A stretch of DNA of 64,000 nucleotides, taken from contig JBPGPT010000042.1 in assembly GCA_051047955.1 (NCBI GenBank), positions 1-64,000 of the forward strand, given 5' to 3'. This document shows, piece by piece, positions 49,771 to 61,609 of this stretch; positions within the stretch are counted from its first letter, which is position 1, and every line of letters starts with the position of its first letter. The position numbers and the translations under genes were made by a program. This stretch comes from Cystobasidiomycetes sp. EMM_F5. Its lineage: Eukaryota. The notes under the pieces are model-generated. The model did no database searches. It worked only from the letters and a program-made list of their open reading frames with translations, and was not told where the DNA came from.

Positions 49771-50360
49771 AAGAACATCTGATTGCATTAGAAGGTGTTC
49801 GACGATCTACTCGGAGCCCCTACGACACCGCGCGTATACGATGGCTGTCTATCCGGCCGAAGATTATATGCAGTCAATGCAGGGTGATCTTCTCACAGGC
49901 GTACCCATCGTCTTTACTATGCTCGCATCACGTAGGCATTACGTGACATCAAAATATGCGATGGATGGCCAGATCACGCCAGCAAAGCACCGAGCTCTCA
50001 TGGCCTTCGACTTTGATGAAACCACACAAGAATCGGCTGGGCGTTTCCCTGGACGTTGTTTACTTTCCCGATAGACATCTCAACGCCGTCATGGAGACAT
50101 CTCGAATCACTTAAGAATTTTGGAAACATATCTAGAGTATGAATGGTCAGTCGTCACGAATGGATCCGCCCGAGGCCATTCGTTTGAGCATACGGAATCA
50201 ACATGCTGTGTTGTTGTTATACCAAGCAGCATTGTCTCGTCTAAATAATTGCAAAGTCATCGATTTGTTTGCATTCCAGAAAACGGCTTGGACGTCTGCC
50301 AATTCAAACACCAAAACCATGAGGCTGCTCCGAGGCTGCAACTGCGCAACCGCACGAGCC

Positions 50361-51060
50361 ATGCCAGCACTGAGAATGGCCAGCATGCTCAGGACATCCC
50401 TCCTCGTCGTCGTCGTCGTCGCTGCGCTATTTGCACCGGCCACCAGGGCTCAGCTGACGAGCGTAGCCCAGCCAAAGTCAGTAAACTGAGTGATGATTTC
50501 GAATTGCGACATGGCTGACTGGCTGCTCATCGTACGCTCTTCCACCGTCTCGCTGTCCCCTGGTTTGTATTGTTTCTTGGTTTCCCTCAAATCGCACGAT
50601 CCATTCCCGTCTGGCGGGCTGTGTACTTGAACATTGGCGATAAATATGTAGTGGTAACATTATCGTCGAGTCGATAGATCTCGACGCATCAACGACAAAC
50701 ATCCTCTCGACAATTACAGCAACCACGGGCGCGTCCATCAACCTCGGTCAGGCGACAGCCCCTCCGAGCTCTACTACGAGCAAAGCTCCCCCTACCACCT
50801 ACCTCGTCTACATCACCGTCAACGGCGTACAGACGTCGACATACTGGACATTTACTGCGACTACTCCCACAACTCCCGTCCCAATTGCTCCAGCGACCGG
50901 TACCATTCTGGCATACAGCTCGTACATCACCGCCAAACCCTCGACATCCACGCGGTCGGCAGCGTCTCCTAGCTTGCCGCCATCTGCGGCGAGGCACGCT
51001 GTCTGGGCGGCTGCTGCTCTGGCACTGAGCATGCTAGCGGGTGCTTTCGTAGCCCTTTAA
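50361..51060 (+). CDS. Small secreted Ser/Thr-rich, probably GPI-anchored cell-surface protein
   Basis: Signal peptide LLVVVVVAALFAPATRA. Intron 50477-50651. Thr-rich exon 2 ending AAAALALSMLAGAFVAL*. Confidence 0.75.
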
Positions 51061-51517
51061 GATGGGCGTGTGCGTATGTGTGTACGAGTAGCGGAGACTA
51101 GAAGGAGGATTACTTTACGACAAGCAAGACAACGGAGACGATGCAGTACTGCAGTCTAGTGATGCAGGACTGCATAAACCCATGGACACTATTTTGTAAG
51201 ACTTGAACCTGATATGGCCGTGCTCGAGCCGTCTCGTAAATTTTTGGTACGCAGGTACTGCCTATCGGAGACTGCGCTGCAGGCTGATGTTCCCGCCATC
51301 TTAGCAGAAACATCGGGTCTGTTTTGGCTCATCCGGATGATCATGAGACCGTCATGCGGCACGGAGCTTTCCAGAGACCCACTTGGACTACCGGAGTATA
51401 CATCAGAGAGTCATTGTGATGCGGTCGGAGGCAGAACAGCCGCGAAGAGCATGTAATGGAAATGACATTCTCGTGTTTGAGACCCAGCAGTGAAAGAGTA
51501 CTGCAGATCAATTACAT

Positions 51518-52711
51518 CTAACGAGTCGAAGACCCTCCAAACCCTGTGCTTTGACGAATGCTACCCAGATCAGACGTACTTGACCCCTCTCCGCGGTCAT
51601 ATCGGCTTGGCTGACCAAACATACTCCTTCCTGCGGGACGGTAGGGCTGTGGTTGTTGCCGGGTAGTACTCGGTCCGGCAAAGGCGCTCCTGCGTATTGC
51701 CTCACCAGCTACGCCTGCAGCTACGCCAGATAGGAATCCTGGACGCCAGGCAGTACTGCTTGATGGTTGTGTATCGGGTTTTCCGCCGTCCCCTCGAGGC
51801 GGCGACCCAAAAAAGCTTCCTCCACTACCGCTTCCTCCGCCTCCTCCTGGTCCGAAGCCCGGCCCTCCATCTCCTCCTCCGCCCCAGGACGAGCCCAGCC
51901 ATGAATTACCGGGCCGGCGGGGTGGCCCTCCCGCACGCCCGGGCGGCGCCGTTACATTTCTGAGGTAACGCAGTATTGGTGCAACCACGACAATCCACGC
52001 GAGGTACATGACCAGGCAAAGTGTGACTGCATTGAAGAGATTGCTTATGAATTTTCCGGCTAAATGAGCATAACGATGGTGTCTTAGCGACTCGCAGAGA
52101 CAGTAAAGGAGATCAACTTACCGAAGTTGCGTGACCGCGCACTCTTATAAGAGGAAAACGTGTCATTGTCCTCGAGATTGGACACTTTGACGAGGTTGTA
52201 AGTCAGTCCGCAAGATCCTGAGGGTTGTTTCTGTCTTGAGTAAAGAGACCCTGTAGCAGGTGAATAGCATGTCATACCTTTGAGAACATAGTCATCGCCC
52301 GGATATTCGTAACCTTCGCATGACACAGAAACACGGCCTAGGCGTCTGTGACAATTATACGGTTAGAAAAGCTACGAGGCTGGCAACAATGCTCTTCAAC
52401 CGCACATTTTCGACGGCAGATCTGCCACACACTAGCAGAGAGTTATACCGTTTCGTCAGTATACATTAGATGGAATCACTGCAAGTGCATGGCTTTGTAT
52501 TCACCTTCCACTGCACGTCACCGGCACCTTGTCCGGCTCCCATGTTCGTACACTGAACCACGTCTGGCTGGTACAGCTTGCACGCATTGCCCTCACACGT
52601 CAGCTGGCTGATGGGCTGCGACCTTCTCGCCGTCGTGACGGAATCAGCATAGAACGTCAGTGTTTCGATGGAAGCGAGGGCGACCCTGTTGGAACGAGTG
52701 GAGTATGGCAT
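51518..52711 (-). CDS. SARAF/TMEM66 (DUF1183) homologue
   Basis: LTFYADSVTTARRSQPISQLTCEG, PDVVQCTN, VQWKC and SCEGYEYPGDDYVLKGSCGLTYNL. One TM segment, then a Gly-rich tail ending STGFGGSSTR*. Confidence 0.9.
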
Positions 52712-52962
52712 AATGAGTGGACAGCGAAGAGGAGTTAGTATGCCAGACGCAATATCGAGGCCAGATTGCTGCGATTCCAAGTTGAAACACGCTGATAGCA
52801 CTGCCGTCAAAAGTGACACGTCGACAGCCGGAGGGGATGTCCCAGTACCCGCTCATTCGAAAAGCTTTCAGACAATCTCCAAGTATTTTGATGCCAACAA
52901 CACGAATACGACTATGCTGACTGCTGCCCGCTGACTGCTGACTACCTCTAAACTCGCCCAAA

Positions 52963-55900
52963 CTACTGACTGAAAATAAACTCCTTCCCTAGGACATCGA
53001 GACACTGTCGAGCAAGTTGCGTTCTCGAACGCGTGGCTGCGCTGCCGGCGTTTTGGCTGTATTCCGTACTTGCCGACAACGGCAGCCTGTTACTGTCCTC
53101 ACCTAGACTGAGCAGGGCGAGCAGAGTGGGGTATAGTATGAAGAGGTGTGCGCGCTTGGACGATTGTACAAGCTGGTTCATGTTTGATGAATGGTTAGAA
53201 CCTACGTTCAGATAAATCTCATCAGCGTTGATGACCGAAATGGTCGACTCAGCTTCTGTCAGTCGTTTGCTCACCGTTGTCAATCTCGGGCTGTGGAGGG
53301 ACGGCTATCCCTCGCACGATCACGAGCTCCGAACAATGCGTTAAAATGAGTAGCACCTCTTCCTCGCGTATGCTGAACGATGAAAAGAATCAATATATGT
53401 GTTCGATTTGCTTGCCTGCTTGGTTGACGGCAACGTACCGAGAAAATGGTATCTGACCGCGAATTGAGGCATTAGCGAGATATTGCTCCAAGGCTGTTGA
53501 ACATCGGTCCATCAGCAGCGGGAAGACCAGTCGCGCCAAGCGGTCTGTAGGTTTCGTTCCAATAGATGGGAGGGCTTGCTCGGACGATGCGCCTCGGCTG
53601 CACATCAAGAACAAAGCGCTTAAACATCGTTTTGCATACCGCTCTCGCGGAACTTCAGTGTCTGCCATAGTGCTGCCCAAGTATCTTCCATCTTTTGGCG
53701 GTCGACCGTTCTGGCGAGGTGGTTTCGACCTCCTGTCTTTACCGTTAGATCCAGCATGCCCAGGGACTGTACTAGACAAATCGTATAGCTTTGATGCTAG
53801 AAGAAGTGATTGTGATAAAGATAGTATCGCATCGTCCGGCACGGACGGTCCATCGAGAATGGGCAACAGCTGACTTTCGATCGTATCTGGGTGATAGAGT
53901 TCAGCGGAATGATGAGACCTTTCGAGATTGTCAGGCTGACCCAGTACCATCATATCGAAGTCCTCTTCTATCTGACTTTCTTCCAGCGTAAAGTCGTGGT
54001 TATCATAACTTTGGATTTGAAGAGCGCATCAGTACGAAATGGTCGAGGTCAATGCGACAGACTGACCTGCGAACCATGAGAGATGCTTGTAGCACGTCGA
54101 CCAACCGTCGCCAGGTGTTCGCAACAGTGATGTCGGCCAGGTCTGTGGCAAGATGCGCTGGCTTCAGTCCGATGCGTTCGTCATGATACAATCTAGACTG
54201 ACTATCTTTCAGATGTTGTAGAGAATCAACGAGAATGCAGAGGATTTGCAAGAAATGTGAAGTAGCTGTCTTCCAGAGCGGTGCATCACTGTCGTATTTT
54301 GATGAGGGAGGACAATCGTATTTGAGGCGTAACGGAATCGCGTATGCCTGCACCCTGATATTCAGCGACTGCACCGACAAAACTTAAGCCCAGTTGCGAT
54401 ACTGACCTTCAGAACTTGTTGTACTGCCCGATCGTAAATAGCAGGCTCTGTTCGAAATTGCTGACAAAGCCTGAACAGTCTGGAAGTGCTATGTTTGGTG
54501 AGCGCGATAAAAGTCATGCGATGCCGATTGCCGTCGGAAGACGTGGCCTTCGCCTGTGCAGTTTGATTCATGGACTGGTATGCCAAAGTCATATACTCCG
54601 CGTAGTCCTCCAATACAGCGCATGCCACTCTTGTAGATGTCAACGGAATAGCGTCGACCGTGGAGCAGACAAGTTTCTGCAGTGGAGACAGGACGTCCTG
54701 GTCTGGGCGATATTCGGGACTTTGATTGTATAATGTCACAGACTTCAGGATCTGCAGCAGGCGGAGTAGCTGTTCGTCTTTAAAGGCCAAGGCCTTCTGT
54801 TTTTGAAGTGTGTCCAAGAGCTTGACGTAGCTTTCCAACGTTACTTGAGCATACCCAGAGCTTAATGCAGATCCAATCGCTTCTCCGATAGCATCGCAAG
54901 CCGCCCACGTCCTGCTGAATAAGATGGCAAAATTGTCGTGCTGATCTTCAGGCCAAGATGTGCTAAAGACGCGGTCTAGACACTTCAGCGCTGACGTCGC
55001 GACGGCCTGACTATCTTCAAGTATGCTGCGCCTAAGATAGTCGATCAGAGCGGTGCATACCTTGTCGAAGGTGGTCTCGTCTGTGAGCTGATGCGTCAAA
55101 GCCTCGATGAAGACGGAGCTAGCAGACACCAGAATAAGTATCTTCGAATCGTCCCATTGCTTGCGGATCAGTACAGCTTCTTCGGCTGCAGCAGCACTCG
55201 CTTTAGAGGCTGCTGAAGCGATACCTTTGTCGATGTTGTGCATCAACGGGAAGATGACTTGCCAAAAACATTGCTCGCATGCCTTCGTATCTAGCGTTGC
55301 TCCATACAGCTCGAAACTCCGCCACAAGGTCTGGACTGCACCATCTCTAGCCTCCTGGCGGTCGTCGCTGCAGATCACCAACAGTTCTTTCATCAAGCGA
55401 ATCCAAAGATCCAGATAAGGCTGACCACCGTCTGCAGTTTTCAAACGCTTCGTCTGTAGATGGTCTGAAAGTTGCCAGAACAGTCCGCCAGCCTAGAGTA
55501 CCAGGGTCAACGTGGAGTCTGTGCGATGCGCGATACCACTCACAGTCAGGGCAATGTTGATATCCTCGGTCTGTCTGCTGAACGCCGACAAAGTGGAGAT
55601 GCATAATTCCAGTTCTTCCTCCGAAAAGCCAGCGAGAAAGTCACTGCAAGCAATCTGCAAGGAAGAGAACGCAATCTTGACGAGGTATCCTCCCTTGTTT
55701 GCGGTTACTGACTCGCTGTCTACGTTAGGAGACGATGACGCGATCGACGTTGGTGGAATTGCAGATTGCAACATCTCGAATATTGTAGGCCAGCCGTACT
55801 GTAACGAGTGGCCTTGACCTTCAAGAATACGAAAGAGAGCCTCTAATGCGGCCTTGCGGATGCTTATATCGGAAGTAGTCTCGTTTGCAAGTGGTGTAGC

Positions 55901-58900
55901 CTGCTTCGATAGAGCATGAATAGTATGCTTGTGTACCACCAATTGCCAATCAAGATTATTGCTTGAGCTAATTTCATCGACGGCAGACAGGATGGCATTA
56001 TCGAAGACTGATGCTGCTTGGGTGCGCACGGTAGACGAAGCCGACTGGCATTGCTGTACCCAAAGCAGGTGATTGAGTATCGCGTCCCAAACATCGTCGG
56101 GTAGCTGGCAAACTAGCTGCGAGACTTTATGCGTGAAGACCTCTCCAAGTTTAGCTATGGCAAATGACTTTTCGCCGGATCGTAAAGTGCGGATAAGGTT
56201 GGGTCCGTTACGCTTCAAATCGCTAACATCTCCTGAGCCGGCATTCTGCAATGGCGATTTATCATACGAGATCATTTGCTCGTCCAGGCGACAAAGCGAT
56301 GAGACAAACCATAACAACGCCTTCTGATCCAGATGCCTGGATATCTCGAAGAATCGGCTGATGCGCTGACGAGCTGCATCTTCGTCTGCTTCTGTTGGCA
56401 TACACCTTTGAATCTTTTCAGCACTGATGTCGGATGATGCAGATTGATTTGATGCGCCATGACCATGCCCGCCGGCGGTATTCATGACTTTGGATGGCGA
56501 TTGATGGGTCACAGGTCCAGCAGACGAGTACGCCGACGACGTGTGTCGCTTCCTGGACTGGCTTCGTAAGCCACTTGCCTGTAAGACGTATTCCACATTT
56601 TGCATTGTATCAAATATCTGTATCCAGGTACTGCCCATAGCACCAGCTAGCGCTTGCGCCACGCCCAAGAGGGATTTCAAACATAGTAGATTGCGAGTGC
56701 TAAGCGTCATTGTTTGCGCTTGCGAGCTTGCGGTAAGACCCAGAGCCTCCGTTCCGACCGAAAGCAGAGACACAGGCTGCTGTCTTGAGCTGGCAGCCGA
56801 CTCTGTCGATACCATTGCAGCCACGACAGTAGCAGGTACAGCAAACTTGCACAAATTGGTGAGAAAAGCATCTCGCGGTGTCTCGAGGCCAAGTACACCA
56901 CACACTGTAGCGAAGTTCTGGAAAGCGTTGAGGGAGTATGTAAAGAGGTCATGATCGACATTCACTGTCAAGAAGAAGGATAGAATAGCAAGTAGCGCTG
57001 GCCAACTCGCGTCGGCCATGTCTTGCACTGTTCTTAGAGCATCGTACGCGGGCTCGGGGGGACAGCTCGCTAGATCCAGTGCGGGCGGAGAAGTCAGGTT
57101 CTGACCTGGCTCCACAGGCATACGATGAGCCATCAGCGTAGTATATGCCGGAAGGGTGTTTGAGGCAAAGCCGTCCGACACGGCGACTATACATTGCAGC
57201 GAAAGAAGGGCGGTATACGTATCTGGTATGGCTGGGGCTTCAGCCTTGTCGAGCTGATCGATGAGCTGAACTTTGACCGATGCAAGAGAAGTGGACAGTA
57301 TGCCTGGCTGTCCCGTAGGGGTAACACCTACGGAACTTGCAGCTTGATGTGCCATTCCAACGATGCCATCGACAACGCCAGCGACGGAATACTCGCCGGC
57401 TCCGCTCTCTACTGCAACGCCAGATAAAACAGCCGAACCACTACCTAGTGCCGCAGGTCGTTCACTAGCCATACGGTTTAATGCACTTATCAGATCCGAT
57501 AGCATGCTCTCCTTGTTCGAGCTGTTCGAGCGTTGTTCAAGCGCCGGACGCTCGTTATCTGGCGAAGAAGGCGCAGACACCCTGTCCCTGCCATCTTGCG
57601 ATGATTGTCCATGGATCTTTCTGAGCAGATCAAAGTCGCTGCATAAGCCGCGCAGAATCTCGAGTGACAACACCCGAAGCCAAGCAGTCTGAGCAAAAGT
57701 GGATACTGCGCGCATGACATCGTCGGCACTTGATGCTTTACCGTTGCTATTTGCAAGTAGCGGTGCGGAGGTAGAGCTGTCTTGCGGTAGGATAATCCGA
57801 ATGAATATGGTCAAGAATATCCGCGCTTCTCGGTCCAAGACATTGTAGAATTTTTTGATGAGCAGGTAGGATACCCGCATAGCCCGTAGAGTGATACTGA
57901 AGACAGGCTGCTCGGCCAATAAGCGAATCAGGAGCGGAGTGAGGTTAGTCTTGAGGAGATGCAAGAGTTCAGGATGCTGGTTGTGACGTTCGTGACAGGT
58001 CAGGCACAAGCTGCCGATCTCTCCAACGGTGGTACCTCCCTCACCTTTCGAAAAACATTGCTAAACTCGCTCAAGACGCTTTCGACCAATTCCAGACCAA
58101 AAGTCTTGGGCACGCTTTGCAATTTTAAAAAGGAAGGCTGTTCAGTCCCCGAGACCAAGGTGAGTACGTCTTGGAAGACTCGATAGGCATCATATGCGGA
58201 TGGCCCAAGCTGAACTTCAATCTTGTCGTCGGCCTCGCTATCCTGCGTTAGCTGCAGACTGACTTTGTCTTTACCCATTCCGTCGTCTGCTGCTGAACGA
58301 GCATCTTCCTCATCCAGGCCCTCGTACACAAACATGACCAGCTGGCGGAGGGTTGCAGCGGCTGTAGATGATACTACACCAATCTTTGATTCCTGGAGCT
58401 TGAACGAGATGAGGAGGGTCTGTCGGTGCAGAAGGTGGAGAAGAATGTCGCGCATATCAGGTGATGCTCCACTTGAGCGGGGCCACCCTCACCTCTGACA
58501 GTATCGCACCATGTATGCCTTTGCAGTTTGTCATGAGCGACACGAGGGTCTGCAGAGTTTTTAGCTGTATCTCCACTCCCTGGGACAGGACGGAGCGCAA
58601 GGTCTGCAGGATCACCGGGACAGCGGCCTGCGATATCGCATTCGCTTCATCAGCCCCTCGACCACCAATACTCGCACGAGGCTGCCTACACCCGTCACTG
58701 CGCCCTTGATGCCGGTCAGACGCTGCAACGCCGTCACTGCGACCGAGATGACTTTGGCGTTTCTCGTCGCGCACCCGAGCACGACGGGCATGAGCAGGAC
58801 AGCATGGTCAGCATTGCCGGACGAGGAAGCTTTCCAACCCAAGTCAGCCAGGAATGCGGCCAGTCGTTGGATACAATATGAACCCCACCCGTCTCGAGGT

Positions 58901-59111
58901 CAGTAAAGGCAGCGTCCGGGTCATGCTTGAGGGCAGCTAGCGCTCTGTCGGCGGCCTGCGTGATTAATAATGTCAATAATATCCATACTTTTGTGTTGTA
59001 ATCAATGCCCTTCTCTGTATCGTTAATCACCTCCTTGACGTCCGGATGGCGCTTCGTCTCCTTGGACAGCGAAGTGAGCTCGCTGACGAGAAACGACAGC
59101 GTAGACGACAT
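52963..59111 (-). CDS. MON2: Mon2 (Ysl2) Arf-GEF-like endosome/Golgi scaffold
   Basis: FLVSELTSLSKETKRHPDVKE, VEIQLKTLQTL, SSTAAATLRQL, FGLELVESVL, LIDQLDKAEAP, TPRDAFLTNLCK, AFSSLQIACSDFL, DINIALT and DDRQEARDGA. Confidence 0.93.
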
Positions 59112-59725
59112 GGAGGCTGGCTGGCATGGGTGTAAAGAGCTTCAGAGTTGGTCGCAGCTTCAGATCATGTCTTGTCAGTCTTGTTAAGAAGGCAACGAAA
59201 TGCAAGCAATGATTAACGAATGATTGGTGATTGCTCGTATTATTAACTAGCAGCTGCTACAGCTTGGGTGTGGTATACAACGATAGAGAAGCGACATGGC
59301 AGAGAGAATAAACGACGAGAAAGAGCAAAAGACTCGCACAATCCTCGAATCAATCGAGCGTGCGGATGAGATAGAGCAGGGAGGTGTTGCAAAGCCAGAG
59401 GATGATGGTGTGCATCTAGTCTTGCAGGGCTGTCTTGCTCTGGCTTGTTGAAGATTGGGAGTGGGGAAGTTGCATATGATGTATCGACAACATTGAACAG
59501 ATTCGAAGGCGACTGCAGATGCATCGTGCCAAGGGCGTGTGAGAGCGTTGCATTGATGCGTCGAAAGTGCAAGGCTGCAGCCATGCTCGTCGTCCAGCCT
59601 CTTGAGAACTCCGAAGATTGACGAGGACGCAGTTGATAGGCGGAAAGACGCAAGAGAATGGCGCAGAGAGAAGTGTCCGTACGGCACTGTATGTCTTCCT
59701 AGCCATTCCCAGCCTCTCGAGCCGT

Positions 59726-61330
59726 CTAGAAGTCTGCGTCCAAGGCAAAAGCGTGATTGTTTCGGGACGCTTCGCCGCCATCTTTTGTGATTGATGAGTT
59801 GACCCCGCTTTTCGCATAGTCGCTGACTTTTTTCTCACTGTGTGGCAAATGTACGTTATTATTGATGTCCTGACACTCCTAGACTTTGTCCGGAAGACTT
59901 ACAAGAAGTTGGTCTTGCCCGATAGCGAAATCATCTCCATGACTGCGAGAAGCCACGAGATCGACGTCAGCAGTGCATCCAGAGTGCGTTAGTGACGTAT
60001 GGACACATACAATCAAACGGATTCGTCGCATTGTAGTGTTTGGGGTTTCCGAGGGCGACCAACAGACGGTCGGCGACAAACTCGATATACTGGCACATGA
60101 GCGTCTCATTCATGCCGATAAGCTTGACTGGGAGAGCGACCGTCAAGAACTCTTGTTCAATCTGTACTGCCTGCTTGATGATGGCGAGTACAGTATCTGG
60201 GTGAGGACGGCGCTTGAGGTGAGAGAACAGGAGGCAAGCGAAATCCGTGTGAAGGCCTTCGTCTCTGCAGATGAGTTCGTTGGAAAACGTCAAGCCTGGC
60301 ATGAGACCACGCTTCTTGAGCCAAAAGATGGATGCAAACGAGCCGGAAAAGAAGATGCCCTCGACGGCGGCGAATGCGACTACTCGCTCTCCAAAGGTGG
60401 CTTCCTTGTCGGAAATCCACGTCAATGCCCAGTCGGCCTTGCGCTTGATGCACGGCATAGTCTGGATGGCATTGAAGAGACGCGTCCGCTCGGCAGTCTC
60501 GCGAATGTACGTGTCGATGAGGAGCGAGTAGACTTCGGCGTGGATGTTTTCACTGCAGAAGAAGTACAGTCAGCTGCGCTCTATACTGATGCTGATGGTA
60601 GAGTATTTCGGTGGCGATGGAAGTCGATCGAGCATGCCCGACGGCACCAACGAGCATCGTCGAGTGACGAGGACGCAGGGGGAGGGGCGCACACAGCATA
60701 CGGCAGTCACAGCCAGCATCCACTCACATCATGATCTGAAACCCGTAAAAGCATCTCGCTTCGGCGACTTGGACTTCATTCGAGAATCGCTCGAGTAGGT
60801 TTTCATTGACGATACCGTCTGCCGACGCAAAAAAGGCGAGAATGTGTGATAGAAAGTAGCGCTCGTCCTTTGTCATCTTGTTGTCCCAGTCGTGCAGGTC
60901 CTTGGACAGGTCAATCTCCTCGGCGCTGCATGAATCAGTCAATCCTTTAGCCTCGTTTCCACACAAAAACTCCCACACAACCGACTCACGTCCAGAAGGA
61001 CGCTTCTGCCTTCTTGTACATTTGCCATATCTCGTGGTACTTGATGGGAAAGAGGACAAACCTCGACTCGGACTCTTGGAGGAGGGGCTCTTCCGAGTCG
61101 TCCTTGATGGAGAGGTCTCCGACATACTTGCGCTCGACCTGCCCGGCCTGCTGCTGCTGCGAGACGTGGGCAATCGTCCTGCCGTCCTCCATTGTGAGCT
61201 CCCTGTGCGTGCGCGACTCGTCCTTTGTCGCCTGCATCTTGGACAGGAGGGAAGGTGTATTGTCGATGACTGCCAGCTTTTCAAGTGCGGCTGCTGCGAC
61301 CTTTGAGGGAGTGTGGGTTGTCGTCGACAT
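59726..61330 (-). CDS. RNR2: Ribonucleotide reductase small subunit (R2)
   Basis: [47 protein letters not shown] (radical Tyr), [19 protein letters not shown] and GKTNFFEKKVSDY. Ends FALDADF*. Confidence 0.97.
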
Positions 61331-61434
61331 GGCTGTTGGTGGTGAGGTTTGAATGTATTTGTATAGAATGTATTGCTCTTGTGTTGTTTGATTGTAAACT
61401 CCAGAACCAACCTGCAAACCCCACCTCGCAATCC

Positions 61435-61555
61435 ATTATAAACTACACGTCGTCGCGTCGATGCTCATGGCCGCGTTGCACGTCGCGTCGCGTCCAGCCA
61501 CAGGAATGCAAAACAAAGACAGTATTATTATTCAGTGGCAAGTCGCGTCGCGAGG
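61435..61555 (-). promoter_or_regulatory. Putative RNR2 promoter: TATA-like element plus clustered MCB-like (ACGCG) cores
   Basis: CGCGT (ACGCG on the gene strand) at 61454, 61472, 61484, 61489 and 61544. TTTATAA on the gene strand near 61440. Confidence 0.55.
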
Positions 61556-61609
61556 AATGCAAGACCCGTAGACAATCTCCGCCGAGAGATCCGACAGAGC
61601 AGCGCGGTA

